Shown here piece after piece: positions 39,807 through 50,948 of a stretch of 64,000 bases of DNA (within the stretch, counting starts at the first letter, position 1; the number at the start of each line of letters is the position of its first letter). The stretch lies in IMG/VR virus record IMGVR_UViG_3300037501_000111, positions 256,001 to 320,000 of that record; one strand, given 5' to 3'. The stretch is from a virus (lineage: Duplodnaviria > Caudoviricetes). The notes beneath the pieces were generated by a model that saw nothing but the letters and a program-made list of their open reading frames with translations, was not told the DNA's origin and did no database searches. A program made the translations under genes and the position numbers.

Positions 39807-40733
39807 ATGATTCTGATTGGTTCACGAGCACTTGCCCTTCGACAACCATCAACACTGACACGTAAACCATTGGACTTTGACTGGGTTTGTACTCAGGAAG
39901 AGTTTGATCAGTGGATGGAAAAGAACCAGCACAAGGTCAATCCTATCAAGGTCTACAAAGAAGAGTGCCGGCAGGGCGTTCACAAGATGATTGTCGAGGG
40001 CAGTACCAACTGCGAATTCGAGATCATTGACTCGGAGAAAAGTTCTGGAATTCTTCAGAAGTTGGTAGAGAATAATCCCGAAAGTTTGGAAACGCCGTTT
40101 GGTTGGGTTCCTTCTTTCGATCTTCTCTTTACCATCAAGCAATCGCATCGTTACCTACGTAACAGCCCACACTTCTGGAAGACCTTGACTGACTGGCATA
40201 TCATGCGTCGACTAGGTGCTAAGGTTCGTCCAGAGTATCGAGACTTTCTCAATGTTCGAGAAGCCGAAACCTACTGGTACAAACACCCTAAGCTGAATGT
40301 TTCGAAGGATGACTTCTTTCAAGATAATGGTATCCAATATGAAGTAGAGCACGACGATATTCATGTATCAGTCAAGCTTTTCGATAAGCCTGCCTACTGC
40401 TACTATCTCAAAGATGGAGCACAAGTAGAATGTGATAAAGAAAAATTCTTTTCTGTATCACAGGACATTAGGTTGGCTGGAGTTGTAGAAGAGGCTGCTG
40501 TTCTTGCTATCGAACGTTCCCTTATTCCTCATCCTGGAGTATGGACTCCAGAGTACGCTTGGAAGTTTGCCTTAGCAAAAGTGTGCTCATCTATCACTTC
40601 TGGCTGGTTCAGGCAATTTGCATATGAAAATGCACCTGCGGTTCTCAAACTGTATCCTTCCGGGTATTGGGAAAAGTTTCAGCAGGATCGGGCTGAAGGT
40701 CGTGTGAGGCCTTTCTCTGGTAAAAGGTACTAG
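39807..40733 (+). CDS. Phage protein with a Pol-beta-type nucleotidyltransferase signature
   Basis: ILIGSRAL followed by DFD about 13 residues later. Confidence 0.5.
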   Translation: MILIGSRALALRQPSTLTRKPLDFDWVCTQEEFDQWMEKNQHKVNPIKVYKEECRQGVHKMIVEGSTNCEFEIIDSEKSSGILQKLVENNPESLETPFGWVPSFDLLFTIKQSHRYLRNSPHFWKTLTDWHIMRRLGAKVRPEYRDFLNVREAETYWYKHPKLNVSKDDFFQDNGIQYEVEHDDIHVSVKLFDKPAYCYYLKDGAQVECDKEKFFSVSQDIRLAGVVEEAAVLAIERSLIPHPGVWTPEYAWKFALAKVCSSITSGWFRQFAYENAPAVLKLYPSGYWEKFQQDRAEGRVRPFSGKRY

Positions 40734-40734
40734 G

Positions 40735-40920
40735 AAGTGGTGGATTGGTTTATCATACCAATCAAACTGTTTACTCGTCTTTCTACGATGACAGTTGGCA
40801 CAGCGCACTTCGCATTTATCTATTTCTTTTTGAATGGTAGATATTTCAAGATGCTGAAGGGCTGGAAATCTTCCGTCGTGCAAATGAAGGAGAATCTCGT
40901 AAAGAATTAGCAACAGAGTT
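40735..40920 (-). pseudogene. HNH endonuclease C-terminal remnant
   Basis: [20 protein letters not shown]. Confidence 0.65.
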
Positions 40921-41187
40921 TGGAGTCTCTGAAGATTATGTGAGTGATATCAAGAACATCCGTGCTAGGGTGGGTATTACTCTTAACTATCTTAATGGAG
41001 TAGAGAAGAAGGAGCCGGCCAAAGCAGTGGTAGCTTCTCAAAACAAGAACAAGAAACTCTCTCCTGGGTTGGCGAAGTTCATTCGTTCAGATCATAAGAT
41101 TCAGAACATGAATACCAAGCAACTTACTAAAAAGTATTGTGTTTCTGATTGAACTATTCAAAGGATTCTCAAGGGTGATAAGTAATC

Positions 41188-41706
41188 ATGTTCAAGTATA
41201 ACCAAAACCTGGGAGTTTACGGTCTTACCCTAGTTACTGATCGTATCGTTAGGAAAGAAGCATCATCCTTTAGGATTGAACGCTTCAATTTCATCCGGAA
41301 ATTGGTCAACCATCTGATTGCATATCCCGATCCTATGGTGGTTCCGGTTTACAAGTTCGAGATTCTGGGCTCTCCTAGCTCTAGGAATTCTCCTTGGAAT
41401 GCATTCTCATATGCATACGAGATGATGCGTTTGCCAATGCTTTCTCGCGATGAAAAATCTCTTATCAACAAGATGATTTCTCATAGGTATATCCTAGATC
41501 AGGATGACTTTCATCCTGATCTTAAGAAAGGTCAGAGAGAATTTCCTAAACTTTTTAAGTTCATGAAGCGTGTGATCGATGATGAGAACTACACCGATCT
41601 TCATGATGGGAATTTTCTGAAAGATGAGGACGGCAATTACCGTATCATCGACCTAGAGGGTTTTTACAAGTATCCTGGTGTAGGAAATAGAGACTACTGC
41701 GCATGA
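41188..41706 (+). CDS. Protein-kinase-like (APH/PKc fold) protein
   Basis: TDLHDGNFL catalytic loop and RIIDLEG. Confidence 0.7.
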   Translation: MFKYNQNLGVYGLTLVTDRIVRKEASSFRIERFNFIRKLVNHLIAYPDPMVVPVYKFEILGSPSSRNSPWNAFSYAYEMMRLPMLSRDEKSLINKMISHRYILDQDDFHPDLKKGQREFPKLFKFMKRVIDDENYTDLHDGNFLKDEDGNYRIIDLEGFYKYPGVGNRDYCA

Positions 41707-44323
41707 AGGCAACACCAGTTATTAAAGCCGGCTATGTTATGATGGCCCTCAACTTACTCATAGCTGGATACTTCTGGCTTTTCAGCAAAGAGGATGATGC
41801 CCGTGTTCATGTCGTTATGTTCATGGCCGGTGCCATGCTTTGGATTCTAGTAATCCTAGTTTGGTATAAGGTTAAAGAAACTGAGGATAGGTAAGCTGTG
41901 GAAGAATGGGCTGAGCTAGATGATGACAAATGTGCATGTCATGGTACAGGCTGGGTGAATATAAACGCTGATAAAACAGTTGAATGTCCTATCCATTTTG
42001 TGGGACAGCTTCATCCAGAGACTCAGGCACTACTGTATGATGAACCTAACAGGTTAGCCGAAGAAGAACGTAAAGCTAGACTTCGGTTTCTGATTCGTGA
42101 GACTCGGAATGAAGTAGTAGAACTACAGACAAAACTTAAAGCCAAACAAGAAAATCTAGTCAAGCTGGAGCTTGAACTTATCAATAGAACACCTACAGTT
42201 CGAGCTATCCAGGTCGTAGTTCCAGTTGAGCCTGAGACTATGGAAGAAGATGGGGGTTTCCTATGAGAATCTACGAAGCCATTGACGCAGCCGCTCAAGC
42301 TCTCAAATCTGGGGCTCATCCTAATATTGTTAGACTTGCTCTGTTGAGTGATGGTATTCCGGCAACGAAAGTTGATGTTATCATTGGCTGGGCATCTCAA
42401 ACAAAACCAGATGCAGAAGCATTGGAAGAGGCTGTCCTCGCAGGCTGTCCCGATTGTTCTGGCGCTATGCACCACGCAACCATGAGCGCGTGTATGTTTA
42501 TTGCTAAGAATGGTTGGAACAAATTCACTTCTGAAATGAAGAAACGCGGATAACAATGACTAAGAAAGACTACATTAAAGCTGCTGAACTTGTTCGGGGA
42601 GATCATAAAAAGAATGGAGACATCATGAAGAAAGTACCGCTCACATTTGTATTAGATGAAAGTGATCTCAAAGAAGCCATTACCGAATGGCTAAATGAAC
42701 ACCACAATGATGATGTTGACTGGAGTGAATACTCAATATCATTCAAGACAGAAACAAAGCGGTCACCTGGTAAGGGGTTGCCGGGCGGTATGAATGATGA
42801 CATTGTTACAACTGTCATTACTGCGGTAGCTGTTAAGGATTGAATAGCCTCCCATTCACGAGCGGGCTGTTGCGAAAGGGGCTCCCATGATTAGAATAAG
42901 AACTAAAGTAGGAGATGGACGGGTCTTTACTCTCTACTTTATAGGCAAATGGGTGACCCTAATAAATGATGGCAATAGAACATCATCCATGAATGCTGAG
43001 TCTTTGGCATTAGCCGGAGATAATCATCTTACAGCGTGTGTTAGAATTAAGGAGATTATGGATGACAGAAGAAGAAGACTTACTTCAAAATTACTTAACG
43101 GATCAGGACATCCCTGGGATAACAGCTCAGGAATTTCAGACAGCAGTACTGGGGCTGATCGAGAAGGGATTAATGGTGATGGTGGAAGTAAATGGTGTGA
43201 AGCTATACCGACCAACCCCTCTTCTCCGGAAAATCAAAACACATCTGAATTCGGATCCGGCAACACAGAACTAATCAACAACAATTTCGAGGACAAATGA
43301 GCAATAAGAATCTTCCCATGGACGAGCAACTTTTTATGGCCGAGCAGTATGCGCCAATGCCGGAGGCCATGCTTGCCTTGCAGGCCAAGGATGTTACCCT
43401 AAATAACAAGATGGGCGACTTTCCTGCTGGTTCCAAGTTTGCATTTGCCATTCTTCTTGGCGATGCATCGGCTGTCGTTCTGATTGATGAGAATCAGAAG
43501 GAGCATGCATTCCGACTGAATGTTAGTGTGGGCGAGGCGGTCGATGTGGATGAGTTGAAGGAGCCATATGGTGATGAGTGCGGTCATGATCATTGTGGTC
43601 ATGAGCACTGAAAGGATTTAGGCTACGACTCAGACATGTACACAGACGTGTGTGCATGAATGGGGCTAACGAGTTAACGGTTAGCTTTCGACCTAGTAAG
43701 CTTCTCAACAGTAAACTAGGAAGGGTCAAAGGGGTGCCAACAAACCCATAACCTGTTGGAGCGTAGGCGGTCAAGTCTTATACCTAGCCCCATTTCTTGG
43801 CATTATTGCTGGTGTCAATAATCGTCTCAGGTCTACTACCATATCAGACCGAACATAATCATATGGTCCGTGTTGCTAACTTCTGAAGTAATAGATAGTT
43901 AGGGCCACTCCTGGCCATACCCGTGAGCGTGAGTTTTCGCTTCCGTTTTGAGTACGAAACACATAGGCGTGTGCTTAGATACGAACTTGCAAGCGTATCG
44001 GTGCAGGCGCCTATAAAACGGAGGATCAATTTTACAATTGCAAATAAGATATTAGTTATGGCCGAAAATGAAGCGCAAAGATTGCGTCAAGCCCTCAACC
44101 AATTAGGTAATTAGATATGATTCGTATTCGATATTCTGACGATAGCATTAAAGAATACAAGAGTTTGGACGTTGCTAACTTCATGGTTCTCAATACTCTA
44201 TTCTCTTCTGGTGGTATGATTGCCCCTATTGAAGCCGTAGAGATCATGGGAGTAACTACCAGCGGAGCTACTGTCGAAAGAATGCTCAAGATTAAGCTTG
44301 GAGCAATCGAATCTGACTGGTAG
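41703..44323 (+). CDS. Block of small hypothetical genes (41703-41894, 41898-42266, 42263-42553, 42556-42843, 43297-43611, 43923-44114, 44117-44323)
   Basis: ORF track; ATGA-type junctions. Confidence 0.55.
43612..43920 (+). ncRNA. Candidate structured non-coding RNA
   Basis: About 310-nt intergenic gap; 10-bp stem AATGGGGCTA/TAGCCCCATT (43659/43794) enclosing three hairpins, with further hairpins on both sides. Confidence 0.45.
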
Positions 44324-44422
44324 ATGCTGAGGATTGATTTAATGGGTCGCACTTACCGCCAATATAGGGCCGCCAGTGGAGCCGGTCCGCCCAGGTACAC
44401 ATACACACAATAGGAATAATCT

Positions 44423-45231
44423 ATGATTCTTGGTGAATACAGTGATCACGCCCAAGTAAGTTCCATTCGATACGAGCAGCCTGAATTGTCTGCTGATGAT
44501 CCGATTTAGTTTTATCCCAAGGGACTATGGACTCCGATTATCGACCCTGATAACATTGCTTATCACTCGATGTTCAAGCCATTCAATCTCAATCAATATC
44601 TGTATCCAAGGCCACCGATTGACATGGGGCTCGTGCCTCCCATTCATGGCGCCCCGCCCAACGTGCTTAGGATGCCGCTCAAGTTTTCCAATACTTCCTA
44701 TGTGATTCCACGTCAACTAGAAGCGCTAGAGCCTGTGATTCGTCGAGTGGCCGAGTATGAGAAATATCTGTGCTCGGATAATAGCATCGATCATGATGAT
44801 ACTTTCTGTCATATCACCTATGATTCATCAACAGTAAATGCTGGAGAGTATCATCGTTTCCCTGGTTTCCATGGTGATGGTATTCAAGGGACGAAACTAA
44901 CACCCAAGGTATTCGTAGAGCATTCATACATTCTTACGAGTGCGCCTCTTACTGAGTTTTGTTTGCAGCCCTTCTTCCTGAAACACTTGGATGAAGCCAA
45001 GCACAACTATTTCTTGGAGTTTGATAGGCAAGCTAAGGAAACTAATGTTTACGGTTCGCTTCCAAACCATCTATACCTAATTGATCCGTACATCGTACCC
45101 CTAAGATCAAACAGGCTACAAACCGCGTGTTCTTGCGTATCGCATATGCATTTACAGAACTTCAGCATCCCAAGAACACAATCAATCCACTCTTCTTTGG
45201 TCAACAGTATGATAATTCGCAAGAAGGTTAA
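44423..45231 (+). CDS. Hypothetical protein (possible Fe/2OG-type HxD), interrupted by a TAG and a frameshift
   Basis: AGGAA RBS, in-frame TAG at 44507, FHGDG; the C-terminus TPKIKQATNRVFLRIAY lies in another frame. Confidence 0.5.
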
Positions 45232-45232
45232 T

Positions 45233-45946
45233 ATGAACGGTGCAATTTACGTTTCTGATTCTGGCAACACCAAAATCATGGGTTCCAAGAAAGTGGATGC
45301 AACTTACGCATCTATCAAGCATACCTGTCCTAGCTCCTGCCCCCTCAAAGATGAGGGTTGCTACGCTCAAACTTCGTTCGTGGGAATGATTAACCTGCGA
45401 ATGCAGCGGCGAGCCAAGGGAAAATCAGCAATAGATGTGGCTCGGTCAGAAGCCAAGGCCATTGATAACTCTTATAACGGCGGCCCCGTTCCACAAGGAC
45501 GAGCATTGCGCCTGCATGTGGCTGGTGATTCTCGTACTCTTTTGGGCACGAGGATTATCAACAAGGCTATCAAGCGATGGAAGAATCGTGGTGGTGGATC
45601 CGTATGGAGTTACACCCACGCATGGAAGCATATCCCTCGGGAAGAGTGGAGTAATGCTTCTGTTCTAGCTTCTATTCAGAACACTTCTGAAGTTGAAGCG
45701 GCTCGGGCGCAAGGATATGCACCTGCGATTGTCGTAGATTATCATAAAAGTGATAAGGCATATCAACTTGCAGGCAGTGATACAAAGTTTATTCCATGTC
45801 CAAACCAAACTCGTGGTGTCGGCTGTTCAGATTGTAAACTCTGTTTTAATGCAGATCGATTGTTTGCAACAAATATGGGTATTGCTTTTGCCGCTCATGG
45901 AGTAAAGAAAGAGCAAGTTAAGCGTCATCTGACCGTCCTAAAATAA
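45233..45946 (+). CDS. Cys-rich phage protein (gp88/DUF7227-like)
   Basis: TCPSSCPL, CYA, RLHVAGD, WSYTH, CPNQ, CSDCKLC. Confidence 0.6.
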   Translation: MNGAIYVSDSGNTKIMGSKKVDATYASIKHTCPSSCPLKDEGCYAQTSFVGMINLRMQRRAKGKSAIDVARSEAKAIDNSYNGGPVPQGRALRLHVAGDSRTLLGTRIINKAIKRWKNRGGGSVWSYTHAWKHIPREEWSNASVLASIQNTSEVEAARAQGYAPAIVVDYHKSDKAYQLAGSDTKFIPCPNQTRGVGCSDCKLCFNADRLFATNMGIAFAAHGVKKEQVKRHLTVLK

Positions 45947-45947
45947 T

Positions 45948-46033
45948 TGGATTGTCATATAACGCTAGAATTTGTTTAGCCCACTCAACTAAATCTTTGG
46001 CTCGTTGTCCACAAGGCTGTCCTTTAACCCATA
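45948..46033 (-). pseudogene. HNH endonuclease C-terminal remnant
   Basis: Minus strand reads WVKGQPCGQRAKDLVEWAKQILALY, like the tail of the 30070 HNH (QPKGQR). Confidence 0.5.
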
Positions 46034-46188
46034 GCTCAAGGAGTTAGTCCAGAGCTTGACGAGTTGATCGATCGTGCTCACTCTAAACATTTGCGGGAAA
46101 CTGGGCAACCCTGTACACGTGCCGAATATATTAGACGCATGCTGCTCTCATAATGTGATACAGAGTTAGCAGAAGATAAGGATTTATA

Positions 46189-46992
46189 ATGAGACGAAAA
46201 GACTCTAGCAAAAAAAATACAAGCAAATCGCTGCTTCGCTATCCAGGTGGTAAAACCAGAGCTATCAGTACTATCACCCACTATTTTCCAAAAGATATTA
46301 CAGAGTTGTGCTCTCCATTTTTTGGAGGAGGATCAATAGAATTATGGTTAGCTGCTAAAGGTGTTAAAGTATATGCTTATGATATTTTTCGGCCATTAGT
46401 TGATTTTTGGCAGACAGTAATTCTTCATCCAGAAGAGCTATCAAAAGAAGTACAGAAATACTATCCACTTGCCAAGGAAGCATTTTATAAACTTCAAGAA
46501 GAACAAAATAAATTCTCTACTAAATTAGAAAGGGCTGCGGCGTTCTATGTTCTAAATAGAAGCTCTTTTTCAGGATCAACCTTATCTGGTGGTATGTCCC
46601 CCAATCATCCTCGTTTCAATCAGACGTCTATTGATCGTGTTAGAGATTTTCATAATCCTAACTTTAGTGTAAATCGGTTGGATTTTAATGAATCCATTGT
46701 AAAACATGATAAGGTTTTCAAATATCTTGATCCTCCTTACATAATTGAGGGGGCACTTTATGGTAAAGATGGAAGCACCCATAAAGATTTTGACCATCAA
46801 GGACTATTTAATCTGTTAAACAAAACAGACAATTGGATCATGTCTTATAATAATTGTGAAGAGATTAGATCTCTTTATAAAGATTATCAAATGATTGAGC
46901 CTGTTTGGGCGTATGGTATGTCTAAAAATAAAAGATCTAATGAACTATTAATCTTCAGTAAAGATATCAAATCTAAACAAAATGGGATCTAA
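46189..46992 (+). CDS. DNA adenine methyltransferase, Dam/D12 class
   Basis: LRYPGGK, SPFFGGGS, YDI, YLDPPY, WIMSYN. Confidence 0.92.
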   Translation: MRRKDSSKKNTSKSLLRYPGGKTRAISTITHYFPKDITELCSPFFGGGSIELWLAAKGVKVYAYDIFRPLVDFWQTVILHPEELSKEVQKYYPLAKEAFYKLQEEQNKFSTKLERAAAFYVLNRSSFSGSTLSGGMSPNHPRFNQTSIDRVRDFHNPNFSVNRLDFNESIVKHDKVFKYLDPPYIIEGALYGKDGSTHKDFDHQGLFNLLNKTDNWIMSYNNCEEIRSLYKDYQMIEPVWAYGMSKNKRSNELLIFSKDIKSKQNGI

Positions 46993-47902
46993 TAAGCAAA
47001 CAAAAAATGGTAAAGCTTTTGAGTTTGCATTTGCTAATTCTCTTTACAATAATTGTTCTGAATTTTCAGAAACTGATTTAGTGTCAGATTATACATATAA
47101 TGTGGCACTAAATCATTACAATTCTACAGATATTGATGAACAGAAAAAGTTTAATGAAGCCGCTGACATTGCAGTAGAACATATTATTTCACTTGAGCCT
47201 CAATTAATTACTCCGAAGTCAAATTTAGATCTATTGAAAATAGAACTACTATCAGATACAGCAGGCAAATTAGGAGACGTTAGGGACGTAAAAGCATTTA
47301 GAAAAATGCAAGCATTTGAAATTGGGTTTTCTAATAAAAATAATCACAAAGCGCTCAAAAGTAATAGAATTTCTGATGTTAGTGATTTTGGGAAAGAATG
47401 GGTAAATATATCTTGTTCTTCTCAATTTATATCAGATATAAAACCTATTTTTTCCCGTCTAAGATCTCTTCATCAAACTCATAGTAAATGGTCATCTCTT
47501 ACCGACAAAGAAACTGGTATTTATAAACCAATTTTAGATGCTCTTAAGAAAGAGATTGAATCTCTCAACCAATCGCAAAATATAGCTGTTCCACTTTTCA
47601 AATACTTTTTGGGAAGAAAAGACTTTTACAAAGTTATTAAACAAGATAAATCATCTGAAGTCGAGATTGAGGGGTTTAATGTGAATGGTAATTTATCAAT
47701 TACTAAATTAGCTTTACCCTCTAAAATTGAAAGGTTGCAATTTAAAACAAACTCTAATAATAGGTTGCTTTTAATCTTTGACCAAGATTGGATTCTAGAA
47801 TTTAGAATACACTCCGCATCTTCAATAGTTGAGCCCTCTCTTAAATTTGATGTCCAATTGATTGGTAATCCACCAATTTATAGAAAGGTTCTATCTATCT
47901 AA
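46982..47902 (+). CDS. HaeIII-family-like restriction endonuclease
   Basis: NGKAFE, GDVRD, S-x-K-N-N-H, GRKDFYKVI, FRIHSASS-x-VEPSLKFDVQL. Confidence 0.75.
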   Translation: MGSNKQTKNGKAFEFAFANSLYNNCSEFSETDLVSDYTYNVALNHYNSTDIDEQKKFNEAADIAVEHIISLEPQLITPKSNLDLLKIELLSDTAGKLGDVRDVKAFRKMQAFEIGFSNKNNHKALKSNRISDVSDFGKEWVNISCSSQFISDIKPIFSRLRSLHQTHSKWSSLTDKETGIYKPILDALKKEIESLNQSQNIAVPLFKYFLGRKDFYKVIKQDKSSEVEIEGFNVNGNLSITKLALPSKIERLQFKTNSNNRLLLIFDQDWILEFRIHSASSIVEPSLKFDVQLIGNPPIYRKVLSI

Positions 47903-48195
47903 TCGTATTTATTATATGACTATAAATCGTTTGATAAAACAAGCAGAACAATTTTGTTTGTTGTCCGAACATTCATTAGAAAAAAAATAGCTGTTCAAAA
48001 ATTAAAATACACCATCTGGTGGCGTAATCCTGATAAACAAGATAAGTGGAATGTCTACCAATCTGGACTATCTAAGACCAAAGCGGAACGTCTATCAAAA
48101 GACATAACCTATTTTCTAAGTGTTAGATGGTTTGATCGTAATATTCCAACTCGTATTCTAACAGATGGTGCAATTATAGATTCATAAGGTAAGTC

Positions 48196-49371
48196 ATGTC
48201 AGATTGGTCCCCTCAAATTGTTCGCATTGAAAAGATAGAGAAACATCCATATGCAGACGCATTGGATATCGCTACCGTACTTGGTGACTATCCAGTCATC
48301 GTCAAGCGAGATGAATATAAAAAAGGAGACCTGGCGGGTTACATTCCTATTGACTCTATTGTTCCTGATACTGAAGAGTTTCACTTTCTCTGCCCCAAAA
48401 ATATAGAGAAGTATGAAGAAGTAGAGGGAAATGAGATTGTAACCAAGACTCGTGTGCTTGGTCCCAAATTTCCGGTTGGTTTGGTTCCAGAAAAGAATCG
48501 TATCATTAAGGCAAAAAAGATTCGCGGAATCTATAGCCAGGGAATGCTGGTCTCTACTGCTGGGTTAATTAAACCAGTTCTGCCATATGATGTGGAGCCT
48601 ATAGCAATCGTAGAGGATGGCACCAAATACAACTTGTTCACCTGGAATCCTGGCGATTCAATTGTTGAGGCTTTGTCACTCAAGAAGTGGAAAGAGGAAG
48701 AAGAAGATAATCTTCCCGGTCTCAAAAAGACGCGAACCAACGCAGAGAAAGCCCCACAAGGGTGGTCTATTCCTCACTATGATATCGATTCGGTACGTAA
48801 GGTAGTTAACCTTCTTCTTCCTGGTGAAGAGATTGTTCTAACCGAAAAGATTCATGGCTCTAATGCTGGCTTCTCACATGATGGTATCAGACTGTGGGTG
48901 AAGTCTCGCAACTTTTACAAGAAGATGGACGAAGAGGATATGTGGTGGGATATTGCAATCCGCTATGAGCTTGACAAGAAGCTCTCTCAATATCCGGGCC
49001 TTGTCTTCTTCGGTGAAGTATATGGTCATGTCAAGAAATTCTGTTACGATACCATTATCGAAGGTGGGCGCTTGCTTACACGCGTTCGCTTCTTCGATGT
49101 GTGGGACACCAAGAAAATGCGATACGTTGATTATGATGAACGAGTACACATTTGTACGGAGCTGGGATTGGATATGGTCCCTGAATTGTACCGAGGTCCA
49201 TGGCTTGGTAAGGAACAAATGTATCCTTATGCCGAGGGCTTGACAACGTTGGGAGGCAAGCATATCCGTGAAGGATGGGTTCTTAACACCGTCAAGGAGC
49301 GCTTCGAGCCCCATCTCAATTCTAGAATGCAATTTAAATTGGTAGGAGAGGGGTATAACCTTCAGAAGTAA
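48196..49371 (+). CDS. RNA ligase (DRB0094/Rnl2-related) with N-terminal OB-like domain
   Basis: IEKHPYADALDIA, TEKIHGSN (motif I), FGE, FDV, REGWV, QFK. Confidence 0.9.
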   Translation: MSDWSPQIVRIEKIEKHPYADALDIATVLGDYPVIVKRDEYKKGDLAGYIPIDSIVPDTEEFHFLCPKNIEKYEEVEGNEIVTKTRVLGPKFPVGLVPEKNRIIKAKKIRGIYSQGMLVSTAGLIKPVLPYDVEPIAIVEDGTKYNLFTWNPGDSIVEALSLKKWKEEEEDNLPGLKKTRTNAEKAPQGWSIPHYDIDSVRKVVNLLLPGEEIVLTEKIHGSNAGFSHDGIRLWVKSRNFYKKMDEEDMWWDIAIRYELDKKLSQYPGLVFFGEVYGHVKKFCYDTIIEGGRLLTRVRFFDVWDTKKMRYVDYDERVHICTELGLDMVPELYRGPWLGKEQMYPYAEGLTTLGGKHIREGWVLNTVKERFEPHLNSRMQFKLVGEGYNLQK

Positions 49372-50230
49372 TGTTGCCAAATAAAAAAGACGAAGAGGTT
49401 CTGAAAGAACTCTTTCCTAATCCAGAAGATAAATGTCCAGAATATGGTCATGAAGAGAAATTTCATTCCATCGATGATGGTTGGATATCTTGTAGTGCTG
49501 ACAACTGGTCCTGTAATTGTGGTAATAACATAGGCAGAAAATATGATGCACATTGCTGACCATCCAACCGATCCTTGGCTGGACGAAAATCTTCGAAAGA
49601 CATGGTCTAGAGCCATTCAAGTTTGGAGAATTCAAAGGTACAGCAAAATCTAAAGTAGAGGCTGTTGTGATCAACTTACCAGCCCATACTGCCAAGCACA
49701 GAGTCTGGTCATAGTCAGGCACTTCTAGATCATTTAGCAAGTAAGGTAAATGGATGAACTACAAATCGCAAATCGAAGAACTATCTTCTCAGATTAAAGA
49801 CTTAGAAGATCGTGCCGCCAATCTTCAGGTGGAATCCTTTGATTTGCGACAGAAACGTGAAGAGTTAATTGCTCGTATGATTGTGGAAGAGAAGCTCATG
49901 GTTGATACCGAATGGGAATTAACCATGGATCATAATTCTACTGCATCCTTATCATTTAAAAAAGATAATAAAGGTAGCATAAATTATATTGTAGAGTTAG
50001 CTAAAGCTGATTATCATTCATGGTTTGAAATTATGGATGGTGTTAGTTTACGATTTGATGATAATGAAATCTCTATTTCATTCAAAGACTCTAAGCTAGT
50101 AATTCCATTTGCTAAAAAGAATGGGCTCAAAATCTCCGGCAATAATCTGACGAACAAACTTGCTCAACTTAAGCGAGATGTTGCAGCATTAGAAATAATC
50201 TGCCATCAATTTTCTTTAGATAAAAAGTAA
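49371..50230 (+). CDS. Hypothetical genes (49371-49559, 49754-50230)
   Basis: ORF track. Confidence 0.55.
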
Positions 50231-50231
50231 C

Positions 50232-50546
50232 ATGGAATTTAAGGTTTATATGGACGATGCCCGTGAGACTCCGCAAGGGTGGCATCGCACTTATACGGTA
50301 GCTGAGACGATTGAGATTTTGCGTACACGCACGGTCACGCACTTGTCTTTGGACAATGACTTGGTTGAGAATCAACCTGAGGGATACAAAGTGATTGATT
50401 GGCTGGAAGAGACAGTCTATTATGACAACACCTTCCCTATGCCAGAGGTTACTGTTCACAGCTCTAACCTTTCTCGCGTATCCTATATGCACAACGCTCT
50501 CAAAAACATTGAGAGGATTCGACAACAACAACTAGGTGGCAGCTAA
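50232..50546 (+). CDS. Receiver-like (cyclic-phosphate-processing) domain protein
   Basis: VYMDDAR-x-P, LSLDNDL, GYKVIDWLEE, VHSSN. Confidence 0.75.
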   Translation: MEFKVYMDDARETPQGWHRTYTVAETIEILRTRTVTHLSLDNDLVENQPEGYKVIDWLEETVYYDNTFPMPEVTVHSSNLSRVSYMHNALKNIERIRQQQLGGS

Positions 50547-50868
50547 TATGGAAGTGTTTATCCAATATTCTGAGCCTCAGCTAGAAGCTGCCGCCAAGTT
50601 CATTTCAGAAAACAACCAGTCTTTTCTAGGACAACTTAAACACATACGTGAGCATATACGCAAATCAATCTGGGAAATGGCTGAGAAATTCCCGCACCTC
50701 CATGTAATTTCTACTATGGGTTATACCATACTAGGGTCAGCAGATGAGGTGGAGGGCATTGATGATGATGTTAATATTTTACATGTGCAAATCATGGTTG
50801 ATCCTAGCTTAGCTCAAGAGCCTGAATACACCGAAATTACTTACATCATTCCTAAAAAAGCAGAATGA
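50536..50868 (+). CDS. Hypothetical protein
   Basis: ORF directly before tRNA-Lys. Confidence 0.6.
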   Translation: MAANMEVFIQYSEPQLEAAAKFISENNQSFLGQLKHIREHIRKSIWEMAEKFPHLHVISTMGYTILGSADEVEGIDDDVNILHVQIMVDPSLAQEPEYTEITYIIPKKAE

Positions 50869-50875
50869 TTCATTA

Positions 50876-50948
50876 GGGTCTGAAGCTCAAGTGGTCGAGC
50901 AGGGGCCTTTTAAGCCCAAGGAAGCGGGTTCGATCCCCGCCGGACCCA
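50876..50948 (+). tRNA. trnK: tRNA-Lys(UUU)
   Basis: Acceptor GGGTCTG/CGGACCC, anticodon loop CTTTTAA, T-arm GCGGG-TTCGATC-CCCGC. Confidence 0.92.

Noticed and set aside
43659-43794. tmRNA (GGGGCT...AGCCCCA ends)
   Set aside because: Too short, no G3-U70 pair, no canonical T-arm and no tag ORF.
44570-45946. 458-aa ORF as a novel fusion protein
   Set aside because: A frameshift near 45095 runs the first gene into the second. The first gene's true C-terminus ends at TAA 45231 in another frame and the second has its own ATG at 45233.
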